A stretch of DNA of 64,000 bases. Origin: Rickettsia sp. (GTDB taxonomy: Bacteria > Pseudomonadota > Alphaproteobacteria > Rickettsiales > Rickettsiaceae). The DNA lies in NCBI GenBank assembly GCA_023269695.1, contig JAHFPS010000001.1, positions 44,366-108,365 of the forward strand, given 5' to 3'. Of the stretch, positions 10,084 to 20,548 are shown one piece after another (within the stretch, counting starts at the first letter, position 1; each line of letters begins with the position of its first letter). The position numbers were made by a program, and so were the translations under genes. The notes under the pieces were generated by a model, which worked only from the letters and a program-made list of their open reading frames with translations, had not been told where the DNA came from and did no database searches.

Positions 10084-10605
10084 ATGAAAGCAGGAATAGA
10101 TTTATACGATCAAGACAAGCTACTTGCAGAGGAAATCTCAAATCGAGGGTTCTTGATAACTAAACTCGATGATTTGCTGGGCTGGGCTAGATCTAATTCA
10201 CTTTGGCCCATGAGTTTTGGTCTTGCCTGTTGTGCAGTAGAAATGATGCAAGCTGCTTCTAGCCGTTACGATATGGATCGTTTTGGTATGTTATTTAGAC
10301 CAAGTCCACGTCAATCTGATCTAATGATAGTTGCAGGAACCTTAACTAATAAGATGGCTCCGGCTCTTAGAAAAGTTTATGACCAAATGACTGAACCTAA
10401 ATGGGTTCTGTCAATGGGAAGCTGTGCCAATGGTGGTGGCTATTATCATTATTCCTACTCGGTAGTGCGTGGTTGTGATCAAATCGTTCCGGTAGACGTA
10501 TATGTACCAGGTTGTCCTCCGACTGCAGAGGCTTTAATTTACGGCTTAATGCAATTACAAAGGAAAATTAGAAGAACTACTAGATTTAAGAGTGCCAGTG
10601 TATAA
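10084..10605 (+). CDS. nuoB: NADH-quinone oxidoreductase subunit B
   Basis: [16 protein letters not shown]. Confidence 0.97.
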   Translation: MKAGIDLYDQDKLLAEEISNRGFLITKLDDLLGWARSNSLWPMSFGLACCAVEMMQAASSRYDMDRFGMLFRPSPRQSDLMIVAGTLTNKMAPALRKVYDQMTEPKWVLSMGSCANGGGYYHYSYSVVRGCDQIVPVDVYVPGCPPTAEALIYGLMQLQRKIRRTTRFKSASV

Positions 10606-11221
10606 TATGGAAGAGATTATTGATAACTTAATAAAGAATCAGGGGCTTGAGATAACTGCTTTGCCTGTATCCTCAAATGGTTCAAATGTACATTTCGCTG
10701 CCTATAAATCTGCTATAGAAAGTTTGTTGCCATTTTTATCATCAATTAAGCAATCTGAGGATTTACGTTTTACTGTACTAACAGATTTGTTTGCTGCCGA
10801 TTTTTTAAATCGTTCCAAACGGTTTGAGGTAGTATATAATTTACTAAGTCTTAAATTAAATAAACGTGTATTAGTCAAAGTTGAGGTTGGAGAAAATGAC
10901 ATAATCCCTTCAGTTACCAAAATCTTTAGTGCTGCTTGTTGGTATGAACGTGAAGCATATGATATGTTTGGGATAAATTTTGCTGGGAGCCATGATATTC
11001 GTCGTATTCTAACAGACTATGATTTTGTTGGTCATCCTCTTAGAAAAGACTTTCCATTAACTGGTTATGTGCAAGTGAAATATGATGAGAGTTTGGAAAA
11101 AGTAGTATATGAGCCAGTTAAACTTGATCAGCCATATAGAGAATTTGATTTTTCATCAAGTTGGAAAGGACCGAGTTATGTATTACCCGGAGATGAGAAA
11201 GCAAATAAACAAACATACTAA
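10592..11221 (+). CDS. nuoC: NADH-quinone oxidoreductase subunit C
   Basis: [20 protein letters not shown]. Confidence 0.96.
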   Translation: MPVYNMEEIIDNLIKNQGLEITALPVSSNGSNVHFAAYKSAIESLLPFLSSIKQSEDLRFTVLTDLFAADFLNRSKRFEVVYNLLSLKLNKRVLVKVEVGENDIIPSVTKIFSAACWYEREAYDMFGINFAGSHDIRRILTDYDFVGHPLRKDFPLTGYVQVKYDESLEKVVYEPVKLDQPYREFDFSSSWKGPSYVLPGDEKANKQTY

Positions 11222-11229
11222 GGCATTAT

Positions 11230-11282
11230 TATAGCTAATCTGATTAGTGTACTTTAAAAGTTGTATGTGGTTCAACGTCAAT
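11230..11282. repeat. Truncated A/B repeat arm at the nuoC-glyA junction
   Basis: TATAGCTAATC...TACTTTAAAAGTTGTATGTGGTTCAACGTCATT, then stops. Confidence 0.75.
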
Positions 11283-11304
11283 TCTATAACTTGTGACTTA
11301 TAGT

Positions 11305-12576
11305 TTAAACATAAACCGGGAAATTATCTACTAATTTTTTAACTTGTTGGAAAGTTTTTTGCTCACAATCACTATTATCTTGTCCATCGTTTTTATTTTT
11401 CAAGCCATCTAATACATCGCTAATCATCTTGCCAACTTCTATAAACTCCTGTTCTTTAAATCCTCTAGTGGTGCATGCCGGAGTACCAAGCCTAATACCA
11501 GAAGTAATAAACGGTGAAGTGGCATCAAATGGGATAGCATTTTTATTACAGGTTATACCGCCTTTTTCAAGCGAATCTGCCGCCACCTTACCAGTTATAC
11601 CATATTTTCGTAAGTCCACTAATACTATATGATTATCGGTGCCATTAGTTAAAATATCATAGCCTCTTGCCATTAAACTGTTAGCAAGAGCTTTGGCGTT
11701 ACTGACAACCTGTTTTATATAAAGACGATACTCTGGTTGTAAGCTTTCCAAAAATGCCACTGCTTTTGCTGCAACAATATGCATTAATGGACCACCTTGC
11801 AGCCCAGGAAATAAAGCAAGATTTATCTTCTTACCCAATTCCTCATCATTTGACAGAATAAGACCACCACGTGGACCACGCAGAGTTTTATGAGTAGTAG
11901 AAGTCACGACATGAGCATAAGGCAAAGGACTTGGATGCTCACCTACTGCAACTAGTCCAGCAATATGGGCAATATCTGCTACTAAATATGCTCCTATTTT
12001 ATCAGCAATCTCCCTAAATTTAGCAAAATCTAATTGACGTGAGTGGGCAGAATAGCCAGCTATAATCAATTTAGGTTTATGCTGCACTGCCAATTGCTCT
12101 ATTTGCTGATAATCAATTAGATAAGTCTCCTTATTTACCGAATAGAACACAGAGTTAAACCATTTGCCAGACAAGTTAGGCGGAGCACCATGAGTTAAAT
12201 GTCCGCCTGTATCTAGCGACATACCAAGTATGGTATCATGTGGTTTTAATAAGGTTAAAAATACTGCCTGATTAGCCTGAGAACCGGAATGAGGCTGAAC
12301 ATTAGCATATTTACAATTAAATAGTGTTTTAACCCGCTCTATAGCTAAAGTCTCAGCCTTATCAACCTCAACACACCCATTATAATAGCGTTTTCCCGGA
12401 TATCCTTCAGCATATTTATTGGTCAGAATTGAGCCTTGTGCTTCTAATACTGCTGGGCTTACAAAATTCTCAGAGGCAATCAATTCGATAAAATCGTGCT
12501 GACGCTTTTTTTCACCATTAATAATTTGGTATATATCGTTATCTGTTTCAGATAATTTATTGGTAAATATATTCAT
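11305..12576 (-). CDS. glyA: Serine hydroxymethyltransferase
   Basis: [20 protein letters not shown]. Confidence 0.98.
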   Translation of the reverse strand: MNIFTNKLSETDNDIYQIINGEKKRQHDFIELIASENFVSPAVLEAQGSILTNKYAEGYPGKRYYNGCVEVDKAETLAIERVKTLFNCKYANVQPHSGSQANQAVFLTLLKPHDTILGMSLDTGGHLTHGAPPNLSGKWFNSVFYSVNKETYLIDYQQIEQLAVQHKPKLIIAGYSAHSRQLDFAKFREIADKIGAYLVADIAHIAGLVAVGEHPSPLPYAHVVTSTTHKTLRGPRGGLILSNDEELGKKINLALFPGLQGGPLMHIVAAKAVAFLESLQPEYRLYIKQVVSNAKALANSLMARGYDILTNGTDNHIVLVDLRKYGITGKVAADSLEKGGITCNKNAIPFDATSPFITSGIRLGTPACTTRGFKEQEFIEVGKMISDVLDGLKNKNDGQDNSDCEQKTFQQVKKLVDNFPVYV

Positions 12577-12591
12577 TAATTTAACCTACTA

Positions 12592-12743
12592 TTTAAGTCG
12601 TATGTGGTCAACGTCATTGCAAGAAGACCGTAGGTCGACGAAGCAATCCATAAAAGTAACCAAAAATGGATTGCTTCGTAGGCTTGTGCCTACTCGCAAT
12701 GACGTTTGTAAATTTGACATAATGTTAGCCCTGGTTAGCTATA
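12592..12743. repeat. Core with degenerate B left arm and A right TIR, overlapping the hydrolase 3' end
   Basis: GGTTAGCTATA ends at 12743; the hydrolase stop lies inside the arm. Confidence 0.85.
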
Positions 12744-13369
12744 AACTTAACGGCAAATTGTAGTCCCCTATCATCAATAGAATGTGCAAGATTTGGTACC
12801 CTGTAGTGACTATAAGCAATATCATATTTCTCTAGATATTCTATTATTTCATCCATGCTACTTACGTCAAGCACATCGTCTAATTCACCATGTATTACAC
12901 AAACTGGTGTAGTTTTATTGATACATTCTTGTGGAGCAATTAATTTGCCAGAAAACCCTATTACACAAGCAAAAGGTTCTTTTTGTATAAAATTTAAATA
13001 TAGCCCCATCATGGTACCTTGTGAGAAACCAATTATGATAGTATCTTTATTAGTTAAATTTAGTTCGGCTTGTTTCTTTTGAATTATGCTAGCAACTAAA
13101 CCGCTATTTTTAGCAACTAATTCCCTGACTATGTCAGGGGCACGGTTATTTAGACTAAACCATTGTCTACCGTAAGGTGCATTATCAAATTTTTCAATGC
13201 CATGTGGTGCAATAAAGTGACAGTCGGGTAATTCCTTAGACAGAAAAGGAACTAATCCTATTAAATCATCTCCATCTGAACCAAGCCCATGTAACAATAC
13301 CACAAGCTTTTTACATTCATTGTTCAAACTTTTTACTTCCGGGTAGGATAATATTTCATTTTTAGTCAT
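12725..13369 (-). CDS. Phospholipase/carboxylesterase alpha/beta hydrolase
   Basis: [13 protein letters not shown] nucleophile, HGELDDV. Confidence 0.9.
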   Translation of the reverse strand: MTKNEILSYPEVKSLNNECKKLVVLLHGLGSDGDDLIGLVPFLSKELPDCHFIAPHGIEKFDNAPYGRQWFSLNNRAPDIVRELVAKNSGLVASIIQKKQAELNLTNKDTIIIGFSQGTMMGLYLNFIQKEPFACVIGFSGKLIAPQECINKTTPVCVIHGELDDVLDVSSMDEIIEYLEKYDIAYSHYRVPNLAHSIDDRGLQFAVKFIANQG

Positions 13370-13390
13370 TTTTTAAGCTCTTAATTTTTA

Positions 13391-13557
13391 TATAACTAAC
13401 CAGGGCTAACATTACGCCAAATTGACAAATGTCATTGCGAGAAGCCACTTTAGTGGCGACGAAGCAATCCAAGATTAGAGATGGATTGCCACGACCACTA
13501 CGTGGTCTCGCAATGACACTAGTTTACTATGGCAAAATACTAATCGAGTTAGCTATA
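13391..13557. mobile_element. Shell-A MITE providing the glmU stop codon
   Basis: TATAACTAACC...GAGTTAGCTATA. Confidence 0.88.
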
Positions 13558-14289
13558 CCCCGTTAACTTAGCAATAGTTCTATTAGCTTCTTCTAGCTCT
13601 TGTTTAGTATTTACTCCAATCACTATATCGTGGTTGGAAGATAACAAATATGATACTTTTTTTCCACTATCCTTAACGATTTTTACCAGTTCCGTTAAAT
13701 ACAATTCTTTTGATTTATCAATTTCTTCTGAAAAAATAGAAGGTAAATATTTGTTTAATATACCTTCTGCGAAAACCATAATACCAGAATTACAAATTGT
13801 TACAGCTAATTCCTCACTCGTTGCTTGTTTAAATTCAACAATTTTTAAAAAATTCCCTAATTTATCAATAACTATTCGTCCATATTGCCCAGGATTATCT
13901 CGCTTAAAGCACAATGTTGTTATAGCAGAATTTGTTGAAACTAGATATTCTAGTAAATCATTAATAATATCTGCGGTAATTAACGGATTATCTCCATAAA
14001 GCACTGCCACAATTTTATTGTCATCAATTAAGTCCAAAGCACTATACACTGCATGAGCAGTACCAAGAGGTTCTGGCTGTAAAACAAATTTACAAGTATC
14101 TTTATAATGAGCAATATATTCTTCTAATTGCCATGAATGAACTAAAATAACTTCATTGCTCACTTGCTTTGCATTGGTTAGCACTCTATCAAGCATCGAT
14201 TTACCACCAACTTTATGCATCACTTTTGGTAAGGCAGATTCCATTCTTCTACCATTACCTGCAGCTAGAACAATAACTTGGCAGTTCAT
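13549..14289 (-). CDS. glmU: GlmU N-terminal uridyltransferase domain only
   Basis: LAAGNGRRMES.LPKVMH, QPEPLGTAHAV, YGDNPL; 246 aa with no hexapeptide acetyltransferase domain. Confidence 0.85.
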   Translation of the reverse strand: MNCQVIVLAAGNGRRMESALPKVMHKVGGKSMLDRVLTNAKQVSNEVILVHSWQLEEYIAHYKDTCKFVLQPEPLGTAHAVYSALDLIDDNKIVAVLYGDNPLITADIINDLLEYLVSTNSAITTLCFKRDNPGQYGRIVIDKLGNFLKIVEFKQATSEELAVTICNSGIMVFAEGILNKYLPSIFSEEIDKSKELYLTELVKIVKDSGKKVSYLLSSNHDIVIGVNTKQELEEANRTIAKLTGYS

Positions 14290-14290
14290 A

Positions 14291-15043
14291 TTAAACGTCC
14301 TTCATAGTTTCATAAATTGCATCAGATAATTCATAATTACCAAAAACTTTTTGCACATCATCACTTTCTTCTAAAATATCCACTAATTTTAATAGCTTCT
14401 CTGCTTTATCATTCTCTTCTATAATTATGGTATTTTTAGCCACCCAACCTATGTAAGATTCTTCAGGATGCCCATATTTATTGGTCAGAAATTCAAGAGC
14501 TTGCACAAAGTTCTCAATATCTGTGTAGATTAAATATGTATCTTCTTCAGAAATCATATCTTTTGCTCCAGCCTCTAGGCTACTTTCAAACATAGCTTCT
14601 ATTGTTGCTACATTTGCCGGATATTGTATTACTCCGAGATGATCAAACAGATAACTAACACTGCCAGTTTCACCTAAATTGCCACCAAATTTGCTAAAAG
14701 CTGCCCTAATCTCCGCAGCCGTACGATTTTTATTATCAGTTAAAGCCTCTATTATTATTGCAATCCCACCGGGAGCAAAGCCCTCATATCTAATCTCTGT
14801 ATAATTTTCGTTATTATTCGAATCACTTGCTGCACTTATTGCCTTATCTATTCGATCCTTTGGCAAATTCTGACTCCGAGCTGCAGCTATACTACTCCGC
14901 AGCCGTGGATTATTGCTTATATCAGCCCCTAGTTTAGCAGCAGTAATAATTTCTCTAACTAACTTAGTAAAAACTTTTGCCCTTTTTTTATCTTGTGCAC
15001 CTTTTCGATGCTGAATATTTTTAAATTTTGAATGACCAGCCAT
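14291..15043 (-). CDS. yebC: YebC/PmpR family protein
   Basis: [23 protein letters not shown]. Confidence 0.96.
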   Translation of the reverse strand: MAGHSKFKNIQHRKGAQDKKRAKVFTKLVREIITAAKLGADISNNPRLRSSIAAARSQNLPKDRIDKAISAASDSNNNENYTEIRYEGFAPGGIAIIIEALTDNKNRTAAEIRAAFSKFGGNLGETGSVSYLFDHLGVIQYPANVATIEAMFESSLEAGAKDMISEEDTYLIYTDIENFVQALEFLTNKYGHPEESYIGWVAKNTIIIEENDKAEKLLKLVDILEESDDVQKVFGNYELSDAIYETMKDV

Positions 15044-15117
15044 ATTGTAATCTTAAATCATTTTTGAGAAATCTACTCATTAGTAAGCCGAATCGTATCA
15101 GAAGGCAGTTTAAAGTC

Positions 15118-15134
15118 AATAATAAATTCTTCAA
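15118..15134. repeat. 17-bp direct repeat, copy 1 (AATAATAAATTCTTCAA)
   Basis: Identical to 15867-15883. Confidence 0.85.
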
Positions 15135-15135
15135 G

Positions 15136-15846
15136 TTACAGAAGTAATTCTTGAATCCCATCTTTGATCGAATAAGTATGCACATTAGTAGCACCAGCAT
15201 ATTGTGTTAATAACCTTGTCATTTCATGCATTTGTTCTTGTAACAACTGATTTCCATCAAAACTAAAAATTACTGTAATAAGATCAGTTGTTGAGTCCTG
15301 AATTAAAGCCTTACTTGAATCAGATGTAGGGCTGCCAAATGGTCCATCCTGATCACATAACACAGGTAAATGCTCAAGATTAATTGCTCTCTTTGTAGTA
15401 CCAATGTAAGTTTCCCCCGGTTTTCCTGGTCGAAATTCAATATCTCCTGATAATTTAGATAAATCATAAGATCCTACAGATCGTAGTGAAGTAATGGAAA
15501 TGTAATTGTTTATGTCTACAACCGTATTAATTTGATATAATCCCTTATCTGAAAGAATCCTTTTTAATAAAGCTGCATTAGATCCTGGATAACTAGAAAC
15601 TTTTACTCCTAAGTTCTTGTAAGCATCGCATAAAGCTTTAATAGGAATGAGTTCACTAATTGTTTTAGGATCATGTTTTTTTTGACTTTTGCCACTATCT
15701 TGCAATAAGTCCCATAAGCTTTGGTTTAATGAACTTACTTGCACCTTTGCTGTAACAACTCCTAATACTAGAATCCCTCCTGAGGCTTCTATCAATTCTT
15801 TGCTGATACTTATTCGTCTGTTAAACTCTCGTGTCACACTTTTCAT
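15136..15846 (-). CDS. Free-standing B3/4 (PheRS beta editing-like) domain protein
   Basis: YP.SNAALLKR, INTVVDINNYIS, LCDQDGPFGSPTSDS. Confidence 0.85.
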   Translation of the reverse strand: MKSVTREFNRRISISKELIEASGGILVLGVVTAKVQVSSLNQSLWDLLQDSGKSQKKHDPKTISELIPIKALCDAYKNLGVKVSSYPGSNAALLKRILSDKGLYQINTVVDINNYISITSLRSVGSYDLSKLSGDIEFRPGKPGETYIGTTKRAINLEHLPVLCDQDGPFGSPTSDSSKALIQDSTTDLITVIFSFDGNQLLQEQMHEMTRLLTQYAGATNVHTYSIKDGIQELLL

Positions 15847-15866
15847 AATTGAATCTTCAATAATTT

Positions 15867-15883
15867 AATAATAAATTCTTCAA
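15867..15883. repeat. 17-bp direct repeat, copy 2
   Basis: Identical to 15118-15134. Confidence 0.85.
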
Positions 15884-15981
15884 ATTTTTTACCATACCCT
15901 ATTTTTTACTTTAATAAAACCATATATCATCTTATATTGTCTAACTATAGCATATAGAATTAAGCCCACTAAGTACTATTT

Positions 15982-16782
15982 ATGAAAAAATTTATAATTT
16001 TATATCTTTTATTTGCTCACGACTGCCTAGCATCAGCACCTCAGGCGTGGCAAATGCTGCTGCAAACCCCAGCAAGCCCTCTTATGGAAGAGCTTCATGA
16101 GTTTCATAATTTCCTGCTACTAATATCAGGCGGAATAGTTGTCTTTATTTTCGTTTTACTAATGTATGTTTGTATTAGATTTAATGCCAAAGCCAATCCC
16201 ATTCCAGCAAAATTCTCTCATAACATATTGATTGAGGTTATTTGGACGATAATTCCTATAATAATTTTGGTTATTATTGCCATACCGTCATTCCGTATTT
16301 TACGGTTTGCAGAGAAAATCCCTGAAATAGACATGACGGTTAAAGTTGTAGGATATCAGTGGTATTGGCACTATATCTACCCTGATCATGATAATATTGA
16401 ATTTGATAGTTATTTAATTACTGATGAAAACTTAAAAGCTGGTCAAAAGAGATTATTAGAAGTTGATAACCGTATTATCATACCAGAAAATACTACCGTA
16501 AAATTTTTAATTACCGCAGGAGATGTCATCCATAGTTTTGCAGTACCAGCATTAGGTATAAAGATCGATGCGGTTCCTGGGAGAATCAACGAAACCTGGA
16601 CTAAAATTAGCAAGAAAGGTGTATATTACGGTCAGTGTTCAGAGCTTTGTGGTGTTAATCATGCTTTTATGCCGATTGCCATTGAAGTGGTAAGCAAGGA
16701 AGAATTCCAAAATTGGCTGATTGCAACAAAAACAAAATTTTCTATGAAAATAAAGACAAACATCATTGCGAGGAGACCATGA
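15982..16782 (+). CDS. coxB: Cytochrome c oxidase subunit II
   Basis: GYQWYW, DVIHSF, GQCSELCGVNHAFM CuA motif. Confidence 0.97.
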   Translation: MKKFIILYLLFAHDCLASAPQAWQMLLQTPASPLMEELHEFHNFLLLISGGIVVFIFVLLMYVCIRFNAKANPIPAKFSHNILIEVIWTIIPIIILVIIAIPSFRILRFAEKIPEIDMTVKVVGYQWYWHYIYPDHDNIEFDSYLITDENLKAGQKRLLEVDNRIIIPENTTVKFLITAGDVIHSFAVPALGIKIDAVPGRINETWTKISKKGVYYGQCSELCGVNHAFMPIAIEVVSKEEFQNWLIATKTKFSMKIKTNIIARRP

Positions 16783-16923
16783 GGTCGACGAAGCAATTGT
16801 AAGTTGTCATTCCCGCGGCTCTGATGTCATTCCCGCGTAGGCGGGAATCTAGATCCCTGCATTCGCAGGGATGACATTGATATTGAGCAGGTATCTAGAT
16901 TCCCGCCGCAGCTAGGAATGACA
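16761..16923. repeat. Truncated core with multiple inner hairpins, overlapping the coxB 3' end
   Basis: CATCATTGCGAGGAGACC... followed by several GTCATTCCCGC/GGGAATGACA units. Confidence 0.85.
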
Positions 16924-17053
16924 AGTTACAATCTCCTAGTCAAGTTAACTATAAATATTTTTTTAAGTTAAATTAAATGAAAAGCTTAGTGCTAGGTATT
17001 TTTAGTATATACTCAAAATAAAAATTAATATTAACTAAATAAACGAGACCCCT

Positions 17054-17665
17054 ATGGTACAACCTAGCAATCACTATCCACATATTTACCCAAAACAGGT
17101 TAAAGAAATTGTATTTTTAAAACATTTTATTCACAATCCTAACATAATGATAGGGGATTATACTTACTATCATGATCATCAGTACCCAGAACATTTTGAA
17201 CGTAATAACATTAGAGGATATCATGAGTGTAAATTAATTATCGGTAAGTTTTGTGCTATTGCTAGAGGAACCATTTTTATTGCAGATGATGTGAACCATC
17301 CTATGGATGGTTTTTCTACTTATCCATTTTTTATTTTTGAAGGTTGGAATAATTATACCCCAACTCCTGATAAAGGCAGGAGTACAATAGTTGGTAATGA
17401 TGTGTGGTTTGGTACCAATGCAGTCATTATGCCGGGAGTAACAATAGGAGATGGAGCAATTATCGGAGCATATGCAGTGGTCACCAAGGATGTACCATCC
17501 TACTCTATCGTTGCAGGTAATCCTAGTAAAGTTATCAGGAAAAGATTCTCAGATGAGATAATCAATGAGTTAGTACAAATAAAATGGTGGGATTATGATA
17601 AAATTACTAGAAATATCAAGGTCATAGTAGGGGCTGATATTGAGCAACTTAAAAATTGTAAGTAG
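17054..17665 (+). CDS. Vat/CatB-family xenobiotic (streptogramin A-type) O-acetyltransferase
   Basis: NIMIGDYTYY, LIIGKFCAIA, STYPF, VGNDVWFG hexapeptide repeats, IKWWD. Confidence 0.85.
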   Translation: MVQPSNHYPHIYPKQVKEIVFLKHFIHNPNIMIGDYTYYHDHQYPEHFERNNIRGYHECKLIIGKFCAIARGTIFIADDVNHPMDGFSTYPFFIFEGWNNYTPTPDKGRSTIVGNDVWFGTNAVIMPGVTIGDGAIIGAYAVVTKDVPSYSIVAGNPSKVIRKRFSDEIINELVQIKWWDYDKITRNIKVIVGADIEQLKNCK

Positions 17666-17702
17666 TAAAATGTAAAAAATGTTATTCTAGTGGCTCCCTT
17701 AA

Positions 17703-17828
17703 TGTCATTCCTGCGTAGGCGGGAATCTAGATACCTGCTTTCGCAGGGATGACACAAAAATGGATTGCTTCGTTGCCACTAAAGTGGTTCCTCGCAATGA
17801 CGGAGTAATGCTAACCAGGTTAGCTATA
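17703..17828. repeat. Right half core with A right TIR
   Basis: TGTCATTCCTGCG...CCTCGCAATGACG...GGTTAGCTATA. Confidence 0.85.
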
Positions 17829-17833
17829 TATTC

Positions 17834-18652
17834 TTACAAAACACCAAGAAAGTTTAAGAAATCTCGCAATTCTTGACGAGCAGCTACGTGGGATATACTA
17901 AGTGTTTTACCATGATTAGCTGTTGTTAAGTCAAGTAGTGTTAGTCCTTGTAAAAATAATTCCCTAAAAATTACTCTTTCACTAAAGCCTGGAGCAATCT
18001 TAAAGCTAATTCTTTTTGCTAATTGTTCAAGAGCAGTACTAACCTTCCTTTTATTTACTGCATCCAAGTTGCTTAATCGATTACGCATGACAATCCAATT
18101 AATTGTCTCCCCATTACGATTAGCTTTCTGCATTTTTTGTTCCCAAATCATTTGGCTATAAATTGACGGAGAAATAATTGACAAATTGTCAGCATTAACT
18201 TTGCCTAATACGTCAAAATCAAGGAAACTATCATTAATTGGGGTAATTACCGTATCAGCATAAGAGTGGGCTAATCTCGATAAGAAAGAGTAGCTTCCTG
18301 GTGTATCAATTACTACATAATCGGCATTTTTTGTCTGTTCAATTATTTGTTCAAACCTAGCTTTTTCGTTCTCTTCCTTAGCTCCAATGACTTGTTCTTG
18401 ACTTTCAGTCAAATGAAAATGTTGAGGAGCGTTAACCGGATTGTCCGGATTTTTTAAATTGTAATTATCTCTGTTCTTTAAATAATTTGTTAAAGAACCC
18501 TGACGTGAATCAGTATCAATACTAGCTACCGTATGACCATTATACAATAAGCCAGTAATAAGATGCATGGAGCAGGTAGTTTTACCCGCTCCACCTTTTT
18601 CATTGCCAACTACAAAAATACGATTTGTATGATTTGCTTGATTATTTTTCAT
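17834..18652 (-). CDS. mipZ: MipZ-like ParA-family ATPase
   Basis: GNEKGGAGKTT, IDTPGS, DSFLDFD, FSERVIFRELFLQGLT. Confidence 0.9.
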   Translation of the reverse strand: MKNNQANHTNRIFVVGNEKGGAGKTTCSMHLITGLLYNGHTVASIDTDSRQGSLTNYLKNRDNYNLKNPDNPVNAPQHFHLTESQEQVIGAKEENEKARFEQIIEQTKNADYVVIDTPGSYSFLSRLAHSYADTVITPINDSFLDFDVLGKVNADNLSIISPSIYSQMIWEQKMQKANRNGETINWIVMRNRLSNLDAVNKRKVSTALEQLAKRISFKIAPGFSERVIFRELFLQGLTLLDLTTANHGKTLSISHVAARQELRDFLNFLGVL

Positions 18653-20153
18653 ACTGATCTTGGATAAATTGATTAAGAAGTCTTACGCCATAACCTACTC
18701 CTCCTCTAGGACCAAGGGGATGGTCTTTTTTATTATAGGCAACACCGGCAATATCCAGATGTGCCCAAGCCATACCTTCCTTAATGAAATTTCCTATAAA
18801 CTGAGCTGCTGTACAACTACCAGCTGCTCCAGGGACGTTACCAATATTGGCAAGATCAGCAATGTCTGATTTTATCATCTCGTCAAAATCTTTATGTAAA
18901 GGCATACGCCATAATTTTTCATTAACTTTATTACCAACCTCTATTAGCTTATTAGCTAATTGATCATTATTGGCAAAGCACCCAGCATAAGTTTTGCCAA
19001 GAGCAACAATAATAGCCCCAGTAAGGGTAGCAAGATCGATTACACATTGAGGTTTAAATTTTTCTTGAGTATACCAAATTGCATCAGCCAAAACTAACCG
19101 ACCTTCTGCATCAGTATTCTCCACCACCACTGTTTTTTTGGACATGGTGGTTACCACATCTCCTGGTCGTTGAGCGTTGCCTGAAGGCATATTTTCTACA
19201 AGACCAACTACCCCGACCACGTTAACTTGTGCGTTACGACTAGCCAAAGCCATGATTGCTCCAGCTACTGCTGCTGACCCAGCCATATCATATTTCATAT
19301 CTCCCATGTTAGCTGCTGGTTTAATAGAAATCCCACCACTATCAAAAGTAACTCCTTTACCAACAAAAGCCACAGGAGGAGTATCATCATTCAAACCATT
19401 ATATTGCATTACTACAAGTTTTGATTCATTTTGTGAGCCTTGTCCAACGCCAAGTAAAGCTCCCATGCCAAGATTTTTCATTTCTCTTTCACCGATAATG
19501 ATAATATCAACTCCTAATGGTTCAAGATGTTCTAATATTTTTTCAGAGTAAGATTGAGGGTTTTTAATGTTGGCTGGTTCATTTATCATATCTCTAGCAA
19601 AAAATACTGCCTCAGCTAATGATTTTTTATCACTAAATAATTCTTCTGCTTTAGACTTGTCATCTATAGAAATCTCCAAAGAATCTACAGCAAATTTTTC
19701 TCCCTCACTTTGAGTAGTTCTGTATTTATCAAATTTATATGAAGCAAGCAAACAACCACTAGCTATAAGAGAAGCAATAATAGCTGGTTGATGTTGTCCT
19801 ATATTATGAGAAATTTTTATACCAATAGTGCTAATTTTACGGCAAGTGCTACAGGATAAGATTTTCCCCCCAAGCTCTTCAATGCAAGAGGTTGTTAATT
19901 TTGTTTCATCACCAGTGCCAACTATGATTAAATATTTTATTTCCCCATCCTTAGCAACAGAATTAACAATTTTAATTTGTCCAAATTTTCCAGTAAATAG
20001 TAATTTATTTTGAATAGTTTTAGAAATTAAACCATGATGTTGTTGGTCAAGTAGTAATAAATTACTGTCTAATTTCAGCTGTTCGTTAATAAACACTATA
20101 GTTGCTTGATTATTTGATAATTCCTTACTGATAAAGTTAATGTTATTGAGCAT
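18642..20153 (-). CDS. pepA: Leucyl aminopeptidase (M17)
   Basis: GKGVTFDSGG, MKYDMAG, NTDAEGRL. Confidence 0.97.
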   Translation of the reverse strand: MLNNINFISKELSNNQATIVFINEQLKLDSNLLLLDQQHHGLISKTIQNKLLFTGKFGQIKIVNSVAKDGEIKYLIIVGTGDETKLTTSCIEELGGKILSCSTCRKISTIGIKISHNIGQHQPAIIASLIASGCLLASYKFDKYRTTQSEGEKFAVDSLEISIDDKSKAEELFSDKKSLAEAVFFARDMINEPANIKNPQSYSEKILEHLEPLGVDIIIIGEREMKNLGMGALLGVGQGSQNESKLVVMQYNGLNDDTPPVAFVGKGVTFDSGGISIKPAANMGDMKYDMAGSAAVAGAIMALASRNAQVNVVGVVGLVENMPSGNAQRPGDVVTTMSKKTVVVENTDAEGRLVLADAIWYTQEKFKPQCVIDLATLTGAIIVALGKTYAGCFANNDQLANKLIEVGNKVNEKLWRMPLHKDFDEMIKSDIADLANIGNVPGAAGSCTAAQFIGNFIKEGMAWAHLDIAGVAYNKKDHPLGPRGGVGYGVRLLNQFIQDQYEK

Positions 20154-20326
20154 AAATTCCCCTTCTAATTTAATGGTCCAATTCTATTGATGTATATTTA
20201 CTTTGCAAGTATAAAAAATTCTATTATTAATTATAAGTGATTACTCAAGTTTTTGTAGTATACTACAAAATTCTTTTCCACTAAGTAAAAAAATGATTAA
20301 TTTTATATTTCAAAGACAGAAAAATA

Positions 20327-20430
20327 TATAGCTAACCCGAATAAGTTCTTCCTTTTTGTGTCATCCCTGTGAAAGTAGAGGATCTAGATTCCCGCCTACG
20401 CGGGAATGACAATAGGGTGCGGGAATGACA
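20327..20430. repeat. A left TIR with inner hairpin units, truncated
   Basis: TATAGCTAACCCGA...GATTCCCGCCTACGCGGGAATGACA. Confidence 0.8.
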
Positions 20431-20548
20431 CCTTTTTCGTTTAAATATAATAGATGTTGTATTTCTAGACTTTTGACGGAACGATTAACTATAATTACTT
20501 GGTAATGCTGGTTTTAATAGGAATATAAAATAAAGAAAACTAAAAATT

